Virus record (IMG/VR): IMGVR_UViG_3300038406_000110 | Location: 1-48,979 of that record | Source: a virus | Taxonomy: Duplodnaviria; Caudoviricetes | Length of the DNA: 48,979 nucleotides | Reading direction: 5' to 3' (one strand) | Shown: one piece after another, positions 1 through 7,210 of the stretch | How the letters are laid out: every line of letters begins with the position of its first letter | How positions within the stretch are numbered: position 1 is the first letter of the stretch | The notes under the pieces: model-generated | What the model saw: only the letters and a program-made list of their open reading frames with translations | Databases searched by the model: none | What the model was told of the DNA's origin: nothing | Position numbers and translations under genes: made by a program

Positions 1-3
1 GAC

Positions 4-243
4 ATGGAATCCAAAAAATCAAGAAAATCATGTTCTTATACGAATCAGGATTACGCCATTGATATCCTGTCAACAATGAGGCAATGCGACCGAACGGGAT
101 GGATGGGGCCATACCTTGTCGCTTCCAGAGAAGTATCTAATTCCCTTTGGGAAAGAATACCAGACCTTGCCAAAAACAAGACCGCACAAGACTTAAGATC
201 CATGAGGCAAAAATTAAGAGTAGGGGGAATCAATGTCCGATGA
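4..243 (+). CDS. Hypothetical phage protein (possibly 5'-truncated at the window edge)
   Basis: 79-aa ORF that overlaps the next gene; the AGGGGGA RBS for that gene lies inside it. Confidence 0.5.
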   Translation: MESKKSRKSCSYTNQDYAIDILSTMRQCDRTGWMGPYLVASREVSNSLWERIPDLAKNKTAQDLRSMRQKLRVGGINVR

Positions 244-448
244 CGGCTGGTTGAGAGGTAGGAAGGAGATTGCCGCGTATTTAGGAGTCAATCCAAATTA
301 TATTAGGCAATACTTCCGGCGCAACTCTGGATTCCCCGCAATGTTTGATGGTCGACTAATGGTAGCCAAGAAAGACGCCATAGACGCATGGATACTTAAA
401 CGGTCCAAGAGAGCCTGTCCATATGACTGTACCCCCTGTGTTAAATGA
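233..448 (+). CDS. Small HTH DNA-binding protein (excisionase/AlpA/MerR-like), possible late regulator
   Basis: WLRGRKEIAAYLGVN HTH, then G-FPA and 'KDAIDAWI', the typical excisionase-family pattern; RBS present. Confidence 0.7.
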   Translation: MSDDGWLRGRKEIAAYLGVNPNYIRQYFRRNSGFPAMFDGRLMVAKKDAIDAWILKRSKRACPYDCTPCVK

Positions 449-529
449 GTAACTCGCGTACTCCAGTTCGTCCATTCCCTACCCCCCCTGTTTTATCGTA
501 TTCTGAAGGTATAAGAGAGATTTATCCTT

Positions 530-562
530 ATAGCCCCGCCCCTTGGCGGGGCTATTTGTTTT
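530..562 (+). terminator. Intrinsic terminator at the head of the late operon
   Basis: Perfect 11-bp stem ATAGCCCCGCC-cctt-GGCGGGGCTAT followed by TTGTTTT. Confidence 0.75.
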
Positions 563-582
563 AGGGCAATGAAATCAATCGG

Positions 583-864
583 TTGGGGAGAAACGGGTTG
601 AGGAAGAACGGATTTGATACCCCCTATGATGTCCATTATTGGGGGAACAGCGACAAGACCAGACCGTATGATTCCTATGATTACATCGCCGGTAGAGTCA
701 TGCGACACGAAAAGGCTTACGAGAAATTTATACCTAATCCGATTATACAAACAGATTGCTGTGAACGATGTGAACGCACCGTCCCTGCCAGGTTGGTCAA
801 CGATGACGGGATATGTGCTACGTGCCGAATAAGTGAACAAGAAAACATTCTTGAACTTGCTTAG
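583..864 (+). CDS. Hypothetical protein with CxxC pairs
   Basis: CERC...CATC motifs; start codon uncertain. Confidence 0.4.
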   Translation: MGRNGLRKNGFDTPYDVHYWGNSDKTRPYDSYDYIAGRVMRHEKAYEKFIPNPIIQTDCCERCERTVPARLVNDDGICATCRISEQENILELA

Positions 865-1018
865 AGAACATATTGCCGCCAACCCCAATAAATGCCCAAT
901 ATGCTCCAGGATAATTGGGCCACGGAGCACAATATGTCGACCGTGTAACATACTAAAGCAAAAGAAACTCATTAGACAACTGGGACTTAACCCAAAGGCC
1001 AAGCGGCCCGAGCGATAG
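833..1018 (+). CDS. Small Zn-finger hypothetical protein
   Basis: CPIC...CRPC motifs and a basic C-terminus. Confidence 0.5.
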   Translation: MNKKTFLNLLREHIAANPNKCPICSRIIGPRSTICRPCNILKQKKLIRQLGLNPKAKRPER

Positions 1019-1041
1019 CGAGTCACGGAGCGAATAAGACG

Positions 1042-1542
1042 ATGCCGACTGAAACGATACCGGAAACCACAGAGATGCAGCAAGGAATAACCACCGTGCC
1101 AGAAACGGCACAGAGAATGAGAAACAAGCCCGTAACGGACGATAAAGCAGCAGTAATCGCCATGCTTAGAACCGAAGGGATGAAGACAAAGGCAATCGCC
1201 GAAACACTCGGCATATCAGCATCGACAGTGTACCAGGCAGAACATTATCTAAAGAAGAGTGGGAAAAAGCCTCTTCTGTCTCCCAAGCGTATCAAAAACG
1301 CCGTGAGAGTGCTCGATACGTTCATGCAGGGGAAACCCATCGGAAGAGTAGAGGAAACCGACCCAGATACAGGTGATAAAAAGGTAGTAGAACCGGGAGT
1401 ATATCCAAAATGCAGCACGATAAAGGCGTGTGCGGACGCCGTGCTGGATCGTGAGTACCCCAAGGTCCAGGAGCAGCAGGGCGGCCCAAGCATCAGCTTC
1501 ACTAAGATAGATCTAACCGTGTATCAACAGGGGTCTAACTAG
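1042..1542 (+). CDS. Putative terminase small subunit (HTH)
   Basis: HTH 'GMKTKAIAETLGISASTVYQ', 'ADAVLDR' motif and a C-terminal beta-strand tail; lies upstream of TerL. Confidence 0.55.
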   Translation: MPTETIPETTEMQQGITTVPETAQRMRNKPVTDDKAAVIAMLRTEGMKTKAIAETLGISASTVYQAEHYLKKSGKKPLLSPKRIKNAVRVLDTFMQGKPIGRVEETDPDTGDKKVVEPGVYPKCSTIKACADAVLDREYPKVQEQQGGPSISFTKIDLTVYQQGSN

Positions 1543-1719
1543 TTGATATCATTGAGTGTCTATGTCTTATAGTAGGACATGGACCAATGGTTCGCGGTCC
1601 GGGACCGGGGGTGGGGGTCCCACAGGATCAGTCGATGTATTAATATTGGACTCCTTTTTGGGCGCGCGCAATATTTTCAAAACAGTACCCATGTAACACA
1701 GGTTTAGACAAAAGGAGGT

Positions 1720-1953
1720 TTGATGAAGGTTTTCGACAAGACTGAAGATTGTCCCAAGTGCGGCACCAAGATGTCTTATGGTTATTGGACTTACCGTGCG
1801 GAGGAAAAGAAGGAACTGTTGGATCTTAAGTATGTCCTTCCTGAGGCGTTGATTGTTAAATGCCTCTGTGGTTATCAGGTTGCCCGTGCCCCCTTGGATT
1901 CAGCGGTGAAGAGTTCAAATGATTTGAGAAAACAAGAAACGGGTTCCTCCTAA
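1720..1953 (+). CDS. Zn-ribbon hypothetical protein
   Basis: Strong RBS AAGGAGG; CPKC...CLCG motifs. Confidence 0.6.
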   Translation: MMKVFDKTEDCPKCGTKMSYGYWTYRAEEKKELLDLKYVLPEALIVKCLCGYQVARAPLDSAVKSSNDLRKQETGSS

Positions 1954-1979
1954 AATATATTTTTAGATAAAAAGGGGCC

Positions 1980-2291
1980 TTGATGAAGACCGTCTACATA
2001 GGTGGCAACAGGTGGTCTGTGGTCTACAAGCCATCCCTGAAGCACAAGGGGAAGGGAGTTTGGGGATTGTCCGACTCAAGGGGGAAGATGATCTCTATGA
2101 GGACGGGTTTAGGGCAAGACTCCAACCAGACGTTGTTCCACGAATTGGTTCATGCGGTTTGTCGTGAATATTCCGCCAATGGGACCGAAACTGCGGCTGT
2201 GTTGGGCAGGTTGTCGGACGATGACTTGGCGGTGGATATATTGGCCAAGGAGATTTGCGGTTCATTGTGGCAGTTGGGGATGGTGAAGTGA
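1980..2291 (+). CDS. Small zincin-like metallopeptidase-domain protein
   Basis: HExxH motif in 'QTLFHELVHA'. Confidence 0.6.
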   Translation: MMKTVYIGGNRWSVVYKPSLKHKGKGVWGLSDSRGKMISMRTGLGQDSNQTLFHELVHAVCREYSANGTETAAVLGRLSDDDLAVDILAKEICGSLWQLGMVK

Positions 2292-2614
2292 TGGCGAAGA
2301 CTCCTCTCCATAAGTCTCACCTTGCGTTGGCGCAGGAGTTTTACAGCCGGTATAGGACAAGAATTATCGAGGCCCTTCCGAAGTACGGCGAGTTTGATCC
2401 AGTGACCGACCCCAGGGTTATGTGCGACGAGGCAAACGAGGAGTTTTTGGACGGCGGCGGGTCGTACATGGAGATGCTGGAACAGACGTGGCCGGAGTTG
2501 TCTCCCGAAATTCAGGTGATTCGCGCCAAGGCAATCGTTATTTACGGGTTGGTGAAGAAATTACGAGTTAAGGAAGTTGCCTTGCGGGAGAGGCGCGACC
2601 GTGAAAAAGCATAG
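2291..2614 (+). CDS. Hypothetical protein
   Basis: TGATG coupling to the upstream stop; likely start is ATG 2291. Confidence 0.55.
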   Translation: MAKTPLHKSHLALAQEFYSRYRTRIIEALPKYGEFDPVTDPRVMCDEANEEFLDGGGSYMEMLEQTWPELSPEIQVIRAKAIVIYGLVKKLRVKEVALRERRDREKA

Positions 2615-2849
2615 AAAAGGACTTAAAGAAGAACAGGCCCTTATGGACTGGGCAGTTGATATGTTCGACCTTGATGTGCCGGGAGTGCACGCCAACGTGG
2701 TTATAAAGGATGACCTTCGGAGGCTGGCACATAATATTGCCACGGCGGCAAGGAAGAGCGAGCGGGAATACTACAGCAAGCTGGTAGATAACGCGCTTGA
2801 ATTGGGTGTTCTCATGCTGTCAATCCAGGGGAAAGAGAGGACAAAATAA
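2601..2849 (+). CDS. Hypothetical protein
   Basis: GGAGAGG RBS before GTG 2601. Confidence 0.5.
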   Translation: MKKHRKGLKEEQALMDWAVDMFDLDVPGVHANVVIKDDLRRLAHNIATAARKSEREYYSKLVDNALELGVLMLSIQGKERTK

Positions 2850-3715
2850 AGGTACTCGAACATAGGTTTAAGTACCGGGTAGGGGATCGGTTCCGGTTTG
2901 TGGTGTTCTCGGACCTGCATTTGGGGGCGAAGTTATCGGCGGTAAAGTTATTCAAGCGCAACCTGATCGACCGCTACAAGGGCGACAAGGACGCTTGGTT
3001 CATCGACCTCGGAGACGCCTGCGACATGATCGTATCTCAGGGGGGCGACAAGCGGCACCAGCCGGATATGCTGGACGAGAGTTACGCCACCTGTAAAGAC
3101 CCCATCGACCGTATGATCCGGGATTACTGCGAACTGGTGGACCCCATTAAGGACCGCATCATCTGCATGACGGATTCCAACCACCACCTGACGATTGAGC
3201 AGCGCACCGGCACGTCTCCCACGCGACGGATCGCCGAGAAGTTATGGGACAAAGAAGCGGACAAACGGGTGATGGGATACGCGGGGTTCCTGGTGACGCG
3301 GTTTTCAATGGCCGGGAATAACGGAACGGGTCGGGACAACCATACCCGGTCGCTGGTGTGGTCGCTGTGCCACGGGATCGGCACGGGCGGGAAGACCGAG
3401 GGTGGATTCAAGACCACCATCGGCAACGATGCCATCAACTACGATTGCGACGTGGCGTGTTACGGCCACAACCATCAACTGGACGGCTGGGACCGGATCG
3501 TTCTAGGCGTGGACCAGTACGCCAACAAGGTCATTTCGAAGAAGAAGGTACGGATTAATTCCGGCAGTTACCTGAAGGGTTTCTCCGACGATTGCAGCAC
3601 ATCGTACGTAGAGAAAAAGCGGATGAAGCCGAACGCTTTGGGCCACATGGAGTTCAACGTCCGGATTAACCGGGCGGGGTTGGAAACCTACTACGTAAAA
3701 CGGATGGTGTTGTAG
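2846..3715 (+). CDS. Calcineurin-like metallophosphoesterase (probable ATA start at 2846)
   Basis: Motifs SDLH, LGDxxD, SNHH, CHG and GHNH; frame is open upstream to ATA 2846 behind a GAGAGG RBS. Confidence 0.85.
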   Translation: MKVLEHRFKYRVGDRFRFVVFSDLHLGAKLSAVKLFKRNLIDRYKGDKDAWFIDLGDACDMIVSQGGDKRHQPDMLDESYATCKDPIDRMIRDYCELVDPIKDRIICMTDSNHHLTIEQRTGTSPTRRIAEKLWDKEADKRVMGYAGFLVTRFSMAGNNGTGRDNHTRSLVWSLCHGIGTGGKTEGGFKTTIGNDAINYDCDVACYGHNHQLDGWDRIVLGVDQYANKVISKKKVRINSGSYLKGFSDDCSTSYVEKKRMKPNALGHMEFNVRINRAGLETYYVKRMVL

Positions 3716-3725
3716 GGGGCATGAC

Positions 3726-4094
3726 ATGGCCGATGAGTGGAGCATAACGATCACGCCCGACCCCAAGTCGGAAGATTGCCGGATAGAGACGAGCGATGGG
3801 CAGTCTTTCGTCGTCAAGGGGTTGGCCCTCTTCGCGGACAATGAGGGCGAGGGGAATTTATTCAGCTTTTATTGGCGCGATCCGAAGGTGGCCGCCTGCG
3901 GCTTGGTGCGCTCCTGCGCGGAGTCCATCCGCCGTGAGGATCCGTTCGCCCTGAAGTTCTACCAGACCATGTTCTACCAGTTCGCCAAGATCACCGGGGC
4001 GCAGAACACGGTGCTTACGCCGGAGGACGCGCTGAAGATGTTCGAGGCGAAAGAGGTCTACGACGCAATGAAGACCCCCATGAAGTTCAACTAA
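3726..4094 (+). CDS. Hypothetical protein
   Basis: 122-aa ORF with AGGGGG RBS and operon-like spacing. Confidence 0.65.
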   Translation: MADEWSITITPDPKSEDCRIETSDGQSFVVKGLALFADNEGEGNLFSFYWRDPKVAACGLVRSCAESIRREDPFALKFYQTMFYQFAKITGAQNTVLTPEDALKMFEAKEVYDAMKTPMKFN

Positions 4095-4247
4095 ATGCAT
4101 TGGGTATGGGCGTTGCTGGCCCGCCTATGCCCGGAGCCGTCGTTGTACGAGTCGTGTTTGCTGATTGATCCGGAAGAGGCACTGTGGGTTTTCCTGGGCC
4201 TTGCGATGGTGGGCCTGTTCGTGGCGTTGTTCCTCCGGAGGCCCTGA
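4095..4247 (+). CDS. Small membrane protein, 50 aa (not in the ORF track)
   Basis: ATG directly after the upstream TAA; TM segment 'LWVFLGLAMVGLFVALFL'; TGATG coupling to the next gene. Confidence 0.55.
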   Translation: MHWVWALLARLCPEPSLYESCLLIDPEEALWVFLGLAMVGLFVALFLRRP

Positions 4248-4456
4248 TGCAGATCCAGATGGTCGCTTACCGCGCAGCCCATATAACCTGCGACACCCCG
4301 TGGCGATGCGTACTGTGCGACAAACTGGCCCCCATTGCCGATGAAGTGGTCCGCCTTCACATGGCGGGGGAACACGGTCTGGAAGCGGAACTGCTGCGGC
4401 AGGAGGGCGATGCGCTGTTCCTGTATCCGATTAGCGAGCCTACGAGGTTAAATTAA
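4247..4456 (+). CDS. Small protein with a C2H2-like zinc finger
   Basis: W-R-C-x2-C-x13-H-x4-H (CVLCDK...RLHMAGEH); GGAGG RBS. Confidence 0.55.
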   Translation: MQIQMVAYRAAHITCDTPWRCVLCDKLAPIADEVVRLHMAGEHGLEAELLRQEGDALFLYPISEPTRLN

Positions 4457-5349
4457 TGCCTGTTCCCCGTTATTCGGAATACGACGCATACTTCGCAAAG
4501 ACCATCGCTGATGCGATTGAAGATCAGCGGAAGGCGAAACGTCCCCGCGATGGGTTCAACGGCTCTCCGGTGCAGGTCATGGGCATCAGTCCGAATCCCC
4601 CAGAACCGGGTAGGAACCTTCTGAATCCGCACCTGCCGGGTACCAGAGAGTTCACCGCTCGCGTTGACGCTTGGCAACCGCCGAACCCGCTTACTACGAA
4701 GCCAAGCGAGAATGATTTACTGATGGGCGCAGCGGTTGGCTTGACGTCACCCATTGCCAAAATAACTCCCTGGCAATTACTAAAAACAGGGAAAGAGGCA
4801 ACATTTTACGGATTCAGGGGCGAGGGTGGCCGTTCTCGTTCTTTGTTATCGCAAAAGTGGTCGAACCGGATGGGCCGCGACACCCTGTTGGGGGAGGGGG
4901 TGTACATTGCCCCCACCAAGACCATAGCGGCCAACTACGGGGAACCGATAAGCCACCGAGTCACCCTGAAAAACCCTTATGTTATCGAATCTGCAACGGG
5001 GACGGACGTATGGAAAAACCTAAATGTGGGAGAAATTAAGGCTGCGGGGCACGACGGGATAGTTATTAAGTCTGGCAGGGGTGAAGGTGGCGAGGCGATG
5101 GCGCAGGCCATTGTATTTCCAGAGCATTCAGGACAAGCGGTGAAGGCGAAACCGCAACCGGGTGAGATGGTCGTTGGCGTCAAGGTTAAATCCGTCAAGG
5201 AAATTAAATACGGAGGAGAAACATACCCCCCTGGACTAGAGGGGAAGTTGGCAGGATTCTCCCCGTGGGGCCATCCCTATATAAAAACAGCGGATGGAAA
5301 GAAGATTGCCGCACTAAACCCAGACGACATTGAGACTATAATTAAATGA
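4456..5349 (+). CDS. Putative ADP-ribosyltransferase-fold protein (ART-PolyVal-like)
   Basis: Motif series FRG...GEGVYIA...AANYG...LKNPY...GHDGIVI...QAIVF. Confidence 0.55.
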   Translation: MPVPRYSEYDAYFAKTIADAIEDQRKAKRPRDGFNGSPVQVMGISPNPPEPGRNLLNPHLPGTREFTARVDAWQPPNPLTTKPSENDLLMGAAVGLTSPIAKITPWQLLKTGKEATFYGFRGEGGRSRSLLSQKWSNRMGRDTLLGEGVYIAPTKTIAANYGEPISHRVTLKNPYVIESATGTDVWKNLNVGEIKAAGHDGIVIKSGRGEGGEAMAQAIVFPEHSGQAVKAKPQPGEMVVGVKVKSVKEIKYGGETYPPGLEGKLAGFSPWGHPYIKTADGKKIAALNPDDIETIIK

Positions 5350-5525
5350 TAAGCCTGGACCAGTTAATTTGTAAGGATTTCATTAAAAACGTAAGGACGG
5401 CATATTCAAAAAAGGTATTACAAAAAGAAGAGTGGGTTATTGGAAAAGGACAACTTCGCACGTTTATAAATGTGGACAATGAATTCAACAGGATAAGGAT
5501 TAGTTCTATTACTAAAATACCATGA
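5346..5525 (+). CDS. Small AT-rich hypothetical protein, 59 aa (not in the ORF track)
   Basis: ATGA overlap with the ART-like gene; reads MISLDQLICKDF...ITKIP. Confidence 0.5.
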   Translation: MISLDQLICKDFIKNVRTAYSKKVLQKEEWVIGKGQLRTFINVDNEFNRIRISSITKIP

Positions 5526-5619
5526 ATAATAAGAAGCATAAATTAGCAATAAGGACTACACCGACGCACTTGCCGCCCTGCATAATGCGTGGATGTTCAA
5601 CTGACATTGCGAGGCATAA

Positions 5620-7197
5620 GTGATCGAAATAAACGGGGTTAAATATGAACCGCTGGATGGCGTAAGTTACAAGCACGATTACGCAAAGATAGTATCAGAC
5701 ATCGCCGAAAAGAAGGTGGACGAGTTAAGCGTCTACCGGGCGCTTATATTAAACGACCTATGGTTTGTTGTTAATTTTGTAATGAAGATCCCGAACGCCA
5801 ATCACCCGTTTGTCGTGAAGGCCTGCCGGGAGGTGGAAAGCGGCCCACTGGATTACACGCTGGATATATGGGCAAGGGAGCATTTCAAATCCACCATCAT
5901 CACGATTGGCGAGACGGTTCAATGGGTGCTGGCGAATCCCAATTCGGCAACCGGCATATTTTCCTATGCGCGGCCCGAGGCGAAGAAGTTCCTGGGTGCG
6001 CTGAAAAGCCTGTTCCATTCCGAGCCGATGCTTCATACATGCTTCCCGGATATCGTGTGGAAGAATTGCGAGAGGGACGCGCCCCTGTGGAGCCTGGATG
6101 ACGGGTTGATCCTGAAAAGGCAGACCAACAGGCCGGAGGCGACTATCTCGGCATTCGGCCTGATCGAAGGTATGCCGGTCGGCAGGCACTTTGAGCGTAG
6201 GGTTTACGACGATATCGTGACGGAGGATATGGCGGAGTCTGTAGATATGCTGGAGAAGGTTAAGACGAAGTACGACTCCAGCCAGAACCTCGGTAAAGAA
6301 GGCGGCCACCACCGGGTCATCGGCACCTATTACCACTACAACGATCCGCTGATCTATATCCGGGACAAGAGGTATCCGGACGGCAAGAGGGCATACGCGC
6401 TCCGCTACAAACCCGGATCGCATGACGGCACGGCGATGGGTAAGCCGGTGCTGGTATCGCAGGAGCGATGGGACCAATTAAAACTTACAAGGACATTCAA
6501 CTGTCAGCAGTTGCTTGATCCGTCGCCTATCGCAGAGCAGAGATTGAACCCGGACTTCATGGTGCTGGTTGAAAAGGCCAATGTTCCACCGGGCCTTTGC
6601 CGTGTGATGTTGGTGGATCAGGCCGGGGACATGACAACCAATAAGGGTGGCGCGGGGGATTCATGGGCGGTCGGCGTTATCGGCATCGACCCGTCTACAG
6701 ACGGCATCGGCCAGAGTGATATCTACATTGAGGATCTGTGGATTACGCCATCGTCCGAATCCGAGGCCATCGATCAGATCGTGAGGATGTATATCAAGGG
6801 CGGCATAATCCAGAAACTCGGGGTGGAAAAAGTAGGGCAGACGACTACGCATTTGCATATCTCGGCTGCGTTGAAAGCTCGCGGTCGGCAAGTGGACTTC
6901 GAGGAGAAAGACGGCGTGGGGGTCCTGCTGCGGCCCGCAGGCCGCACGAAAAAGAAGATGATCGAGTCGGCCCTGGCGTGGCCGTTGAACAACGGTAAGA
7001 TTCACTATGTATCCGGCATACCGAACGCCTACCTGGAGCGATTGAGATTGGAGATGTCCAATTTCCCGTTCTGGCACGACGATGGGATCAACATGCTGGC
7101 ATATCTTTATGACGTGATAAACGACATGGTGTTTCCCGTTTGGGACATCGGAGATAGCGATATCGAACTTCCAACCTGCTCGATGTTAATCAATTAG
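5620..7197 (+). CDS. terL: Terminase large subunit
   Basis: Walker A-like AREHFKST, Walker B VYDD, coupling motif IGT, RNase H-like nuclease VDQAG...DSWA...HDDG. Confidence 0.9.
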   Translation: MIEINGVKYEPLDGVSYKHDYAKIVSDIAEKKVDELSVYRALILNDLWFVVNFVMKIPNANHPFVVKACREVESGPLDYTLDIWAREHFKSTIITIGETVQWVLANPNSATGIFSYARPEAKKFLGALKSLFHSEPMLHTCFPDIVWKNCERDAPLWSLDDGLILKRQTNRPEATISAFGLIEGMPVGRHFERRVYDDIVTEDMAESVDMLEKVKTKYDSSQNLGKEGGHHRVIGTYYHYNDPLIYIRDKRYPDGKRAYALRYKPGSHDGTAMGKPVLVSQERWDQLKLTRTFNCQQLLDPSPIAEQRLNPDFMVLVEKANVPPGLCRVMLVDQAGDMTTNKGGAGDSWAVGVIGIDPSTDGIGQSDIYIEDLWITPSSESEAIDQIVRMYIKGGIIQKLGVEKVGQTTTHLHISAALKARGRQVDFEEKDGVGVLLRPAGRTKKKMIESALAWPLNNGKIHYVSGIPNAYLERLRLEMSNFPFWHDDGINMLAYLYDVINDMVFPVWDIGDSDIELPTCSMLIN

Positions 7198-7210
7198 GTG
7201 GGTGCGATCT

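Noticed and set aside
1590-1680. pac/cos site downstream of the TerS candidate (GGGACCGGGGGTGGGGGTCCC)
   Set aside because: The position and G-rich hairpin are suggestive, but a packaging site cannot be supported without read-terminus data.
5342-5539. Minus-strand 65-aa hydrophobic ORF
   Set aside because: The plus-strand ORF 5346-5525, with ATGA coupling and the same orientation as the operon, is the better explanation.
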